The translations under genes were made by a program, and so were the position numbers. This document shows, in pieces, positions 1-9,048 of a stretch of 64,000 nt of DNA. Position 1 is the first letter of the stretch. Each line of letters opens with the position of its first letter. The notes below the pieces were generated by a model, which did no database searches, was not told the origin of the DNA, and saw only the letters and a list, made by a program, of their open reading frames with translations. Source of the DNA: Acidobacteriota bacterium (lineage in GTDB: Bacteria > Acidobacteriota > Vicinamibacteria > Vicinamibacterales > UBA2999); contig JACPTI010000091.1 in NCBI GenBank assembly GCA_016192845.1, positions 11,444-75,443 of the forward strand, in the 5' to 3' direction.

Positions 1-333
1 GGGCGATGGGAGGGCGACACGCTGGTGATCGACACGGTCGGCTTCAACGACAAGTTCTGGTTCGATCGGCGGGGCACGCCGCACAGCGAGCGGCTGCACA
101 CGGTCGAGCGGTGGACGCGCGTTGATTACGGGAGGCTCATCAACGAGGTCACCATTGACGACCCGGGCGCGTTCTCCCGCCCATTCACGGTGAGGTACGG
201 GGCCACCTTGCAGCTCGGCGACGATTTGCTGGAGTACATCTGTCAGGAGAACAACCAGTTCGGCGTCGCAGGAGGATACGCCAATCCGTTCGCGGATCCA
301 GCGCCGGGCACGACTCCTAGAGACGGGAAGTGA
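1..333 (+). CDS. Conserved hypothetical protein, C-terminal part (5' end outside window)
   Basis: Frame 1 is open from nt 1 (GRWEGDTLVIDTVGFNDKFWFDRRGTPHSERLH...) to the stop at 331-333. Composition is balanced and non-repetitive. No family recognised. Confidence 0.55.
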   Translation, partial: GRWEGDTLVIDTVGFNDKFWFDRRGTPHSERLHTVERWTRVDYGRLINEVTIDDPGAFSRPFTVRYGATLQLGDDLLEYICQENNQFGVAGGYANPFADPAPGTTPRDGK

Positions 334-402
334 GGGCGATCTCACGGACCGCCCATCGAGGGAGACAATACTCGATCAACTCTCGCTGAAGGCGCGGGTT
401 GA

Positions 403-627
403 TCAGTTCAGCGAGCACGCCCCGGGACCGCGCCGATCGCCGCACGTGCCGCAGGGGCCCGGCGCGGCCGCGCGCGCCGGGGCGCCGCCCGTGTGCGCCG
501 CAAACACCGACAGCTTGCGTTCGAGCACCGTGCCGTGGCAGGCGGGACAGGCCGGAACCTCGCTCGCGCGCACCAGCAGCTCGAACTGGTGCGCGCACGT
601 CTTGCAGGCGTATTCGTACAAGGGCAT
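403..627 (-). CDS. FmdB-family zinc-ribbon putative regulatory protein
   Basis: MPLYEYACKTCAHQFELL...PACPAC: two CxxC pairs and the typical N-terminal YEYxC..C signature. It directly abuts the stop of the upstream HD-GYP reading frame. Confidence 0.85.
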   Translation of the reverse strand: MPLYEYACKTCAHQFELLVRASEVPACPACHGTVLERKLSVFAAHTGGAPARAAAPGPCGTCGDRRGPGACSLN

Positions 628-1920
628 CTACTGCACCGGCTCCTTTGTCGCCTCGACGAGCACCTTCCCGAGCGCCTCCGCCACGTGTGGATCGAACTGT
701 GATCCGCTGCAGCGCTCGATTTCACTGACCGCGAGTGCGGGCGGCAGCGGCGGGCGCTGCGTGTGCGGGTGCGTCATCGAGTCGTACGCGTCCGCGATCG
801 CCAGCATCCTGGCGCCGAGCGGAATCTGATCCCGCTTCAGGCCGCGCGGGTACCCGGTCCCGTCGAATGCCTCGTGATGGGTCAGAACCAGCCAAGGGCT
901 CGCCCTTGATATCCCGTACTCGTGAGGGAGAAGATGCAAGCCCTTGGCTGGTTGGCCAGTATCGGCTTGGCGCGCTTCGCGCGCCTAGGACCGCTATACG
1001 GCTTGTCACGGCGGGTACAAAATTCTCGTTTGGAGCCGTATAGCGGTCCAAATCGGCCGCCGCGGCGAACCGGCGTAGCTTCCTCACGAGATCATAGCCG
1101 AGCTGCGGGTGCGTCCGCATGACCGCCCACTCGTCGTCGTCGAGCGGCGCCGACTTGGCGAGGATCGCCGGGACGTCGAGCTTGCCGATGTCGTGCAGGA
1201 GGGCGCCGTGCTCGAGGGCGACCATCTCGCCGTTGCCCGGCAGCCCGAGCGCGTCGGCCAGCGCCAGCGTGAGGCGGGCGACGCGCATGGCATGGCCGCG
1301 GCCGTCCCGCTCGTGCAGCTCCAGCATCGAGATCAATCCGTCCAGCGCCGCGACGTGCGTCGTCAGCGCTTCGGCGAGGGCAGCGGCGAGCTCCGCGCGC
1401 CGCTTGCGCAGCCGATCCTGCAGCGCGTGATGGAGCGCTTCGTCGCCGCCGCCGGCGGCGTATCAGTCGCGCCAGCGAGGAGCGCCTCGAACAGCCTGGC
1501 GCGATCGAACGGCTTGAGCAGGTAGTCGACGACGTCGTTGCGGAGGCTGGAGGCGGCGGTCTCGGCGTCGCGGAGCGCCGTCGCCATGATGATGGCGGTC
1601 TGCGGATACTGCTCGCGCAGGCGCCACGCGAGCCAGACGCCGTCGCGCGCCACGAGACTGACGTCGCAGAGCGCGATGTCGCGCGGCGACTCCTGCATCG
1701 CTTCGAGCGCGTCCTCAACGCGCGCCGCCTCGTCGACCGCGTAGCCGAACGAATCGATCCATGCGGCCACGGTGCGCCGCAGCGACGGGTCGTCATCGAT
1801 GACGAGCACCGACTGCATCGAAACGGTCTCTCCCGGAGTGATCTCTTGTTCGATGGTAGGGAGAGCCGTGGCCGTGTGCAACGACGAAATGGAGTACTGA
1901 TGAGGCGTCAACGCCGACAA
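628..1920 (-). pseudogene. Response regulator REC + HD-GYP phosphodiesterase (RpfG-like), broken by one frameshift and a 160-nt insertion
   Basis: The REC domain is in ORF 1363..1920 (VLVIDDD...CDVSL...LLKPF). The HD-GYP N-half is in a second frame (ORF 722..1336: HAMRVARL..LLHDIGKL..THPQLG). The HD-GYP C-half is in a third frame (ORF 628..939: LTHHEAFDGTGYPRGL..IADAYDSM). The HD frame reads as a plausible linker helix (DEALHHALQDRLRKRRAEL...) back to a TGA at 1463-1465. The REC frame tail, by contrast, becomes Cys/Arg-rich nonsense. Confidence 0.75.
892..1051 (-). other. 160-nt highly structured insertion inside the HD-GYP domain (MITE-like or unknown structured element)
   Basis: Three perfect inverted repeats: 886-900/939-953 (15 bp), 969-975/979-985 (GGCGCGC-TTC-GCGCGCC) and 988-1003/1034-1049 (16 bp). 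The loops have lower G+C than the surroundings. Removing 892..1051 joins ...FAAAAD to LVLTHHEAFDGTGYP in frame. Confidence 0.5.
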
Positions 1921-1998
1921 CTCAACCGTTCACCCTATCGGCTTTCGCGCCGCGGAACGATAGCTGTACTGCGGAGCTGCCAGCGACCGAGCGGGTTG

Positions 1999-2250
1999 TT
2001 ATCGGGGATGGTGTGACGTCCGTTCCGTCGCCGCCGCCGCCCATGTCGATCGCACCCTGAGGGTCGTCCGACTCCCCGACGTGGTTGTCCGCTCGGTGGC
2101 TCTGGGGCCGAGCGCCCGCTCGCGGCGCCGGCGGACAGACGCCGGGTCGTTGCCGGCGCGGATCCGCTCGTCGGGTTCGACCGGCTCCTGGGCGATCCCA
2201 AGCGGGTTCCCCAGGTCGAGCTCGTGGGCGCGGCGGTCGTCTTGAGTCAT
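1999..2250 (-). CDS. Small hypothetical protein (tentative)
   Basis: The ATG is preceded by GGAGGCGAACCG (GGAGG Shine-Dalgarno). The N-terminal 45 aa look protein-like (MTQDDRRAHELDLGNPLGIAQEPVEPDERIRAG). The C-terminal half is Arg/Thr-rich and may not be real. Confidence 0.3.
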   Translation of the reverse strand: MTQDDRRAHELDLGNPLGIAQEPVEPDERIRAGNDPASVRRRRERALGPRATERTTTSGSRTTLRVRSTWAAAATERTSHHPR

Positions 2251-2484
2251 CGGTTCGCCTCCATCGTCAGGTGGGCAAGGGCAGTGCCAATCGCGCTCGT
2301 CAAGTTACGGCCCTGCAATTGTGGTGTGCTGTTTCGTCACAAGCCCGTGCGCGGGAGGTATGCAGGCGTGTGAGGTGCTGAGCAAGTCGATCGACCGAGT
2401 GCGGGCATGGCACTTGCCCAAACGATGCGCGCTCGCACGTACGCGCCAGACCTGGAGGTTCCCGTGCTGCTCGGAGCATTTGCG

Positions 2485-3486
2485 ATGTTCTCCAACGACC
2501 TCGCCATCGACCTTGGAACGGCCAACACCTGCGTCTTCGCACGCGGCCAGGGCATCGTCCTGAGCGAGCCGTCGATCGTGGCGTTCAACACGGTCAGCGA
2601 CCGGATCGAGGCGGTCGGCAGCGAAGCAAAGGCGATGGTCGGGCGGACTCCGGGCTCGATTACCGCCGTCAAGCCGATGCGGGACGGCGTGATCGCCGAT
2701 TTCGACGCCGCCGAGAAGATGCTCGGCTATTTCATCCGGAAGGCTCACGGGCGGCGGCGGTTCGTGCGGCCGCGGGTGGTCATCGGCGTGCCGTCGCAGA
2801 TCACCCAGGTGGAGCGCCGGGCCGTCAAGGACAGCGCCTTCCGCGCGCGCGCCAGCGAGGTGTACCTCATCGAGGAAGGAATGGCGGCGGCGATCGGCGC
2901 GGGGCTGCCGATCGTGGAGGCGTGCGGGAACATGATTGTCGACATCGGGGGCGGGACGACCGATATCGCGGTCATCTCCCTGGCCGGCGTCGTCTACAGC
3001 CGCTCGGTGCGCGTCGCCGGCAACGCCATGGACGACGCGATTGCGAATTACGTGAAACGTGAGAAGGACCTGCTCATCGGCGAGCGCACGGCGGAGCAGA
3101 TCAAGATCGAGCTCGGGTCGGCGGCGCCGCTGGCCGAGCGGAAGGAAATGGAAGTCAAGGGGCGCCACGTCATCGAGGGCAAGCCGGTGACGATCACGCT
3201 CGACGACGGCGAGGTGCGTGAGGCGCTGGGGGAACCGGTCCGGCAGATCGTGCAGGCCGTGCGCAACGCGCTCGAACAGACGCCGCCGGAGCTTGCGGCG
3301 GATCTCTGCGACCGCGGCATCGTCCTGAGCGGCGGCGGGGCCCTCCTGCGCAACCTCGACGCGCGGCTCCGGCAGGAGACCGGCGTGCCGGTACAGGTGG
3401 CCGAGGATCCGTTGTCGTCGGTGGTGCTTGGCGCGGGCAAGATGCTGTCCGACTTCGCGCTGCTGCGCAAGGTCTGCCTGGATTAG
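2485..3486 (+). CDS. mreB: Rod-shape determining actin homologue MreB
   Basis: [18 protein letters not shown]..., [27 protein letters not shown] chose the in-frame ATG at 2485 rather than the ORF-track start at 2407. Confidence 0.9.
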   Translation: MFSNDLAIDLGTANTCVFARGQGIVLSEPSIVAFNTVSDRIEAVGSEAKAMVGRTPGSITAVKPMRDGVIADFDAAEKMLGYFIRKAHGRRRFVRPRVVIGVPSQITQVERRAVKDSAFRARASEVYLIEEGMAAAIGAGLPIVEACGNMIVDIGGGTTDIAVISLAGVVYSRSVRVAGNAMDDAIANYVKREKDLLIGERTAEQIKIELGSAAPLAERKEMEVKGRHVIEGKPVTITLDDGEVREALGEPVRQIVQAVRNALEQTPPELAADLCDRGIVLSGGGALLRNLDARLRQETGVPVQVAEDPLSSVVLGAGKMLSDFALLRKVCLD

Positions 3487-3503
3487 CGAGGCAAGCGGCT
3501 GCC

Positions 3504-3594
3504 AGGCTACCTACCAGCTACCAGCCACCGGCTACCAGCTACCGGCTACCGGCTACCAGCTACCAGCTACCAGCTACCAGCTACCAGCTACCAG

Positions 3595-3596
<2 letters not shown>
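3504..3596. repeat. Direct tandem heptamer array, CTACCAG x about 13 (variants CCACCGG, CTACCGG)
   Basis: Read directly. Units are in phase from 3511 to 3594. The array lies between the mreB stop (3484-3486) and the convergent ferredoxin stop (3595-3597). No complementary arm is present. Confidence 0.95.
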
Positions 3597-3951
<355 letters not shown>

Positions 3952-3977
3952 GCGGCTATGTTAACGTAGCCGTCTGA

Positions 3978-4505
3978 ATGCCCGACGCGCCCGCGACACC
4001 CCGACCCTCGCAACTCTGGAAGCGGCTGTCACCCGATCGCAAGCTGCAGGCGGCGGAGGCGTTCTGGCGCGACGAGAACGCCGCGTCCGAGCAGGCGGAC
4101 GCGATTGCGGCGATCGCGCAGCGGATCCGGTTCCGCGTGAAGAGCGTCCACGCGATGCCGCTCGAAAAGAAAGTCCGGCAGCTTCTCGCGCTGCCCGCCG
4201 TCTCTGAAGCCGTCGCCGCGCGGCTTCTCGTGGCGTATCACCTGGCGCATCAGCGCCCGATGATGGGCCGCTTTCTCGACGCGCTGGGCATCGCCCACGA
4301 GGACGGCCTCATCGCCGACGAAAACCTCGCCGCGCCGCCGCCGGACCGTCTGCGCGCCGCGGCGCAGACGCTCGCCTCATCGTGTCCCGCCGACGAGGTG
4401 TCGCTCTATTTTTCGACGCTGCTGTGGCAGGACCCCGAGACATGGAGCAGCCTGGCGGACCTCCCGCAGGTCCGCGAGTCGACTCCGGCGCCGCAGCGCT
4501 CCTGA
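3978..4505 (+). CDS. Conserved hypothetical protein
   Basis: 175-aa ORF with balanced composition (..AFWRDENAASEQADAIAAIAQRIRFRVKSVHAMPLEKKVRQLL..). No family recognised. Confidence 0.55.
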   Translation: MPDAPATPRPSQLWKRLSPDRKLQAAEAFWRDENAASEQADAIAAIAQRIRFRVKSVHAMPLEKKVRQLLALPAVSEAVAARLLVAYHLAHQRPMMGRFLDALGIAHEDGLIADENLAAPPPDRLRAAAQTLASSCPADEVSLYFSTLLWQDPETWSSLADLPQVRESTPAPQRS

Positions 4506-4514
4506 GGCATTCCC

Positions 4515-5252
4515 ATGGACTGGATGACGACGCCGGAGGGGTGGATTGCCCTCCTGACGCTGACCGTACTGGAGATCGTCCTCGGCATCGACAACGTCAT
4601 CTTCATCTCCATTCTCGCCGGAAAGCTGCGGCCGGAGGAGCGCGGCCGCGCGCGCAGGATCGGCTTGACCCTCGCGATGCTGATGCGGATTGCGCTGCTG
4701 CTGTCGATCACGTGGGTCATGCGGCTGACCTCCCCGCTCTTTGCCGTGGCGGGGCAGGACATCTCCGGGCGCGATCTGATTCTGATCGTCGGCGGGCTGT
4801 TCCTGCTGGCCAAGAGCACGTACGAGATTCACGACAAGCTCGAGGGCGAGGAAGGGCACGGATCAGCCAGGGTCGCGGCCTCGTTCGCCTCGGTCATCGT
4901 CCAGATCATGCTGCTCGACATCGTGTTTTCGCTCGACTCGGTGATCACGGCGGTCGGCATGGCGGAGGACGTGGTCGTGATGATTCTCGCGGTCGTCGTC
5001 GCGGTGGCGGTGATGCTCGTCTCCTCCGGACCGATCGCGGCGTTCGTCGACCGACACCCGACAGTGAAGATGCTGGCGCTCAGCTTTCTGCTGCTGATCG
5101 GAGTGTCACTCGTCGCCGAAGGGTTCGACCAGCACATCCCGAAGGGCTACATCTACTTCGCGATGGGCTTCTCGGTCTTCGTCGAGATGATCAATCTGCG
5201 GGTGCGCGCCAAAGCGCCTCCTGTGCATCTCCACCAGGCGTACACGCAGTAG
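4515..5252 (+). CDS. TerC-family integral membrane protein
   Basis: LEIVLGIDNVIFISIL and a second DSVITAVG motif. Several hydrophobic helices. Confidence 0.85.
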   Translation: MDWMTTPEGWIALLTLTVLEIVLGIDNVIFISILAGKLRPEERGRARRIGLTLAMLMRIALLLSITWVMRLTSPLFAVAGQDISGRDLILIVGGLFLLAKSTYEIHDKLEGEEGHGSARVAASFASVIVQIMLLDIVFSLDSVITAVGMAEDVVVMILAVVVAVAVMLVSSGPIAAFVDRHPTVKMLALSFLLLIGVSLVAEGFDQHIPKGYIYFAMGFSVFVEMINLRVRAKAPPVHLHQAYTQ

Positions 5253-5275
5253 GTGCGAACTTCGACGTCGTCTAA

Positions 5276-5947
5276 CTAACGGTCTGACTCCAGGATCATA
5301 CGTATCCAGTTCGCCACGCGCGCGCCGACGCTGGCGTACGTGTGCGCCGGCGGAACGCCTCGAGTTCCCAAGGAGTGATCGCCGCCAGCAACGACGTCGA
5401 GCGTTACTGGCGCCTGCATGGTGTCGAGCACGGGTGCCAGCTCGGCGGGTGTTCCAAACGGATCGCGTTCACCCTGCACAACGAGCATCGGGATCTCGAT
5501 GGCCGGCAGATGCGCCAAACGCAGTTGATGCGGCTTGCCGGGGGGGTGAAGGGGATACCCGAGTGCGAACACGCCCTTCAGCGGTTCCCCGGCGGCGGCG
5601 AGGTGCGTCGCGATGCGTCCGCCCAGGGATTTCCCGCCCGCGAAGAGTGCGTCAATGCGGGGGCGGGATTCGCGCGCCATGGCGATGACCTGCCGGAAAC
5701 AATCCTCGAGCGTTGCCGGCGGATCCGGGACGCGCCGTCTCTGGGCCATGTACGGGAAATCGAACGTCACGACGTCGATGTGCGATTCGGCGAGCCGGCG
5801 GGCGACATTGACGATGAACGGATGGCGCTGGCCGGCGCCCGCGCCGTGCGCCAACACCACGCGCGCGAGAGGTGATTCCGTAGAAGCCGAATAGCGGCTG
5901 GCAGTCGTGCGATGTGCACCGACGATCACGTCGAATTCCGTCGTCAT
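5276..5947 (-). CDS. Alpha/beta-fold hydrolase (dienelactone-hydrolase-like, COG3571-type)
   Basis: LAHGAGAG..., nucleophile elbow GGKSLGG, C-terminal GGDHSL. Confidence 0.75.
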   Translation of the reverse strand: MTTEFDVIVGAHRTTASRYSASTESPLARVVLAHGAGAGQRHPFIVNVARRLAESHIDVVTFDFPYMAQRRRVPDPPATLEDCFRQVIAMARESRPRIDALFAGGKSLGGRIATHLAAAGEPLKGVFALGYPLHPPGKPHQLRLAHLPAIEIPMLVVQGERDPFGTPAELAPVLDTMQAPVTLDVVAGGDHSLGTRGVPPAHTYASVGARVANWIRMILESDR

Positions 5948-5956
5948 GCCGCCCGG

Positions 5957-6676
5957 TTACGAGGATTGCAGCGCCCGCAGGAACCGGCGGATCCGCCGGG
6001 CGTTGCGCCCGGCGTCGGTCCTTTCCTCGCGCGCCGAAGCCCGGATGTCCACGCGCGTGCCGCTGCCCCACGGTGTGAGCCGGACGACGATGTCGTCCGC
6101 GAACCCGAACCAGCGGGTGGCCGCGGTGGCTTCGATGCGTCCCGAGCCGCGGTCCGCCGTCACGATCGTCCATCCGGCCTCCTGCGCGAGCGCCAGCGCC
6201 CGGCCGAACGCCTGATCGGGCGGTACGGGCAACGTGATCGGCGCCAGGTCCGGGTAGAAGCGCCGCTGCTCGGCCGATACCGCCGGGGAGCGCTCGAGAC
6301 TGTTGGATGCCTCGCTCCTGAGCGGCACGATCGCCTCGAATGTGGGTGGATTCTCGAGATCGGTCGTGACGTCGTGGATCGGCGGAGCGCCCTCGTATCG
6401 TCGCAGCGTCTCGAGGGGAATCACCACCGCGATCGCGGCGCCGAGCATCGCCGCAGCCGCGATCAGCGTGCGCAGCCGTGCGCCGCGCCGGTACGCCAGC
6501 AGCCCGGCCAGCAGCCCCGCCGCGAGGGCGGCGGCGCCGGCATAGCCGGCCCACCGCAGCAGCATCAATGCTTGCGCGAGCGACAGGAGGCCGATCCGGT
6601 AGGCGGGTCCGGTGAGGCCGAGCAGAACCAGCGCGAGCGCCGCGGACGCGCACGCGGAAAGTGCCAGCGTCATCAC
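5957..6676 (-). CDS. DUF1499-family membrane-anchored protein
   Basis: N-terminal TM helices, then ..FADDIVVRLTP..GTRVDIRASAREERTDAGRNARRIRRFL, which is typical of DUF1499. Confidence 0.65.
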   Translation of the reverse strand: MMTLALSACASAALALVLLGLTGPAYRIGLLSLAQALMLLRWAGYAGAAALAAGLLAGLLAYRRGARLRTLIAAAAMLGAAIAVVIPLETLRRYEGAPPIHDVTTDLENPPTFEAIVPLRSEASNSLERSPAVSAEQRRFYPDLAPITLPVPPDQAFGRALALAQEAGWTIVTADRGSGRIEATAATRWFGFADDIVVRLTPWGSGTRVDIRASAREERTDAGRNARRIRRFLRALQSS

Positions 6677-6697
6677 CGCGTACTATAGGCTGTTCTC

Positions 6698-7759
6698 ATG
6701 CGCCTGGCGCGGCTCGGATGGGATGACGCGTTCGCCGCGGCGTTCGACGCGCTGCAGCTCGGCGGCGACGTCCAGCCGGCGCGCGTCGCGATCGAGTTCA
6801 ACTACCTGTACCGCGTCTGGACGAGAGACGGCGAGCGCGAGGCGACCGCCGCGGGACGGCTGAAGCATCGCGCCACCAGCCGCAGCGAGCTGCCGGCGGT
6901 CGGCGACTGGGTGGCCGTCCGGACGCGTCCAGGCCAGGACAAGGGCGCCATCGTGGCCGTGCTCCCGCGCCGCAGCGCGTTCTCCCGAAAGATGGCCGGC
7001 ACGGTCACCGACGAGCAGGTCGTCGCCGCCAACGTCGACGTCGTCTTCATCGTCATGGGCCTCGACGCCGACTTCAAGCTGCGCCGCCTCGAGCGATACC
7101 TGCTGCTCGCGCGCGAAAGCGGCGCCGCGCCGGTGGTGCTGCTGACCAAGCCCGACCTGAGCGATGCCGTGCCGTCCCGTCTGGCGGAGGTCGCGGCGGT
7201 GGCGGGCCCGACGCCCGTGCATGTGGTCAACCCCAGGCTGAACACGGGCCTCGAGCAGGTGTCGGCGTACCTGACGCCGGGGCGTACGGGGGCGCTGCTC
7301 GGGTCGTCCGGCGTCGGCAAGACGACGATCATCAACCGCCTGATCGGGCGGGAGGCGCGCCGGACGCGCGAGGTGCGCGAATCCGATTCGCGGGGCCGCC
7401 ACACGACCAGCCACCGCGAGCTGATCGTGCTGCCCGGCGGCGGGCTGATGATCGATACGCCCGGGATGCGTGAGCTGCAGCTCTGGGACGTGACAGGGGC
7501 CGTGCGCGAAACGTTCGAGGACATCGAGGCGCTCGCCGTCGACTGTCACTTCACCGACTGCCGGCACCGGGACGAGCCGCGCTGCGCGGTGAAGGCGGCC
7601 GTGGCCGACGGCCGCCTCGATGCACGGCGTCTCGAGAGCTATCACAAGCTGCAGGACGAGCTGGAGCAGCTTGCGCGGCAGCAGGAGGCGCGCGCCCAGA
7701 TCGAGGCGAAGCTACAACCACGAAAGCCACGAAGGCCGCGAAGAACACGAATTGTTTAA
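6698..7759 (+). CDS. rsgA: Ribosome small-subunit-dependent GTPase A
   Basis: GSSGVGKTTIINRL, RGRHTTSHRELI, IDTPGMRE, and the zinc knuckle CHFTDCRHRDEPRCAV. The last 15 aa or so (QPRKPRRPRRTRIV) are encoded by the left arm of the 9-mer repeat. Confidence 0.9.
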   Translation: MRLARLGWDDAFAAAFDALQLGGDVQPARVAIEFNYLYRVWTRDGEREATAAGRLKHRATSRSELPAVGDWVAVRTRPGQDKGAIVAVLPRRSAFSRKMAGTVTDEQVVAANVDVVFIVMGLDADFKLRRLERYLLLARESGAAPVVLLTKPDLSDAVPSRLAEVAAVAGPTPVHVVNPRLNTGLEQVSAYLTPGRTGALLGSSGVGKTTIINRLIGREARRTREVRESDSRGRHTTSHRELIVLPGGGLMIDTPGMRELQLWDVTGAVRETFEDIEALAVDCHFTDCRHRDEPRCAVKAAVADGRLDARRLESYHKLQDELEQLARQQEARAQIEAKLQPRKPRRPRRTRIV

Positions 7760-7798
7760 AGAATTTCGTGCCCTTCGTGATCTTCGTGCCCTTCGTGG
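7718..7798. repeat. Hairpin with tandem 9-nt arms (CCACGAAGG-type x4 / loop / CCTTCGTGN x4)
   Basis: Left units at 7718, 7727, 7736 and 7745. The loop GTTTAAAGA contains the rsgA stop. Right units at 7763, 7772, 7781 and 7790. Confidence 0.9.
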
Positions 7799-7811
7799 TT
7801 TAATCACGCCC

Positions 7812-8897
7812 ATGCTGGTTGCGCTGACGCTGTTCGCGCTCGTCCAGGCGCAGACGTTCTTCGAGTCGACGCGGCGGCCGGCCGAGCTGCAGAACAAGCA
7901 GGCGGTGCTCGAGACCTCCTACGGCACGATCGTGCTGGACCTGCTGGCCGACGCCGCGCCGAACCACGTCGCGCACTTCATCACGCGCGTCCAGGAAGGC
8001 GCCTACGACGGCACGACCTTCCATCGCGCGGTCGCGATGGGAATCATCCAGGGCGGCGACCCGCTGTCGAAGGATCCCTCCCAGCAGGCGAAGTACGGGA
8101 CCGGCGGGCTCGGTGTCCTCCGCTTCGAGCCGAACAACGAAACGCACACGCGCGGCGCGGTGTCGGCGGTGCTGATACCGGGACGCCGCGACAGCGCCGG
8201 CTCGCAGTTCTTCATCTGCATCACCGACCAGCCGGCCCTCGACGGCCAGTACAGCGTCTTCGCGCGCGTCGTGGAGGGAATCACTGTGGCGCAGAAAATC
8301 TCGATGGCGCCGGCGAATACAGGCGTCCTGTCGGAGCGGATCGAAATTCGGCGCGCAACGATCCGCGAGAAGCCCGCGCCGGAACCGGAGCCGTTCGCCG
8401 ACGCGACGGTCGAGCAGCTGGCGCGGCAGCGCGCCGTTGTCGAGACGTCGATGGGAAACCTGACGCTGGAGTTATTCCCCGACCGCGCGCCGACGCACGT
8501 CCGCGCCTTCCTGCGGATGGCCGCGGCCGGCGTCTACGACGGGACCGCCATCCACCGGGTGGCGCGCGGGTTCGTGATTCAAGGCGGGTTCCTGCCGACG
8601 CGGCGGGACCCGCTCGAGCCGAAACAACAGGCGTACGTGCGCCAGCTGCCCCCGGAGTTCAATCCGACGCCTCATGACAGGGGGATCGTCTCAATGGCGC
8701 GCGGCGACGATCCCGGCAGCGCCACCTCGTCTTTCTTCATCGTGCTCGGCCGGACGCCCGCGCTCGACAACCGGTACACCGTCTTCGGTCGCGTCGTGGA
8801 TGGGCTCGACGTACTCGGGAAGATCGAGGCGGTGCCCGTGAACGGCGAGACGCCGGTTGACCGGATCGAGGTCACCCGCGTCCGCGTCCTTCCCTGA
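7812..8897 (+). CDS. Secreted tandem-domain cyclophilin-type peptidyl-prolyl isomerase
   Basis: Signal-like N-terminus MLVALTLFALVQAQ. Two PPIase domains (..FHRAVAMGIIQGGDP..GSQFFI.. and ..IHRVARGFVIQGG..TSSFFIV..). I chose the ATG at 7812 because the longer ORF-track start reads through the repeat. Confidence 0.85.
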   Translation: MLVALTLFALVQAQTFFESTRRPAELQNKQAVLETSYGTIVLDLLADAAPNHVAHFITRVQEGAYDGTTFHRAVAMGIIQGGDPLSKDPSQQAKYGTGGLGVLRFEPNNETHTRGAVSAVLIPGRRDSAGSQFFICITDQPALDGQYSVFARVVEGITVAQKISMAPANTGVLSERIEIRRATIREKPAPEPEPFADATVEQLARQRAVVETSMGNLTLELFPDRAPTHVRAFLRMAAAGVYDGTAIHRVARGFVIQGGFLPTRRDPLEPKQQAYVRQLPPEFNPTPHDRGIVSMARGDDPGSATSSFFIVLGRTPALDNRYTVFGRVVDGLDVLGKIEAVPVNGETPVDRIEVTRVRVLP

Positions 8898-8974
8898 GGC
8901 GTGGGGCCTTCGTTTTGCACTTCCACGGCATCGGGGAGGTGTTTGTCAATGCGTGTACACGCGTGGTTCCCCCT

Positions 8975-9048
8975 GCAGTAGGGAGTAGGCAGTAAGAACG
9001 TTTCCGCCTGCGGCCGACTGCCGACTGCCGACTGCCGACTGCCTACTC
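8975..9048. repeat. Heptamer-arm hairpin (GCAGTAG-type x3 / CCGACTG x4 + CCTACTC)
   Basis: Read directly. The best stem is 8983-8993 with 9038-9048. The last unit overlaps the dinB stop (9043-9045). It lies between convergent genes. Confidence 0.85.

Noticed and set aside
892-1051. The 160-nt insert in the HD-GYP gene as a self-splicing intron or an intein.
   Set aside because: It is too short for group I or group II introns, and I could not recognise their conserved cores. A GAGCCGTAT-like string forms a 16-bp stem with a 30-nt loop, not a domain V. It is not a multiple of 3 and changes frame, so it is not an intein. It is kept only as an unknown structured or MITE-like insert.
7620-7811. 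Long N-terminal extensions suggested by the ORF track: 7620 for the PPIase, 40644 for ggt, 46005 for speA, 52218 for DUF5916, 47479 for pepF, 10302 for dinB, 18519 for apaG.
   Set aside because: The extensions read through repeats or give Arg-rich nonsense. Internal ATG or GTG codons with Shine-Dalgarno-like sequences and native-looking N-termini or signal peptides were preferred.
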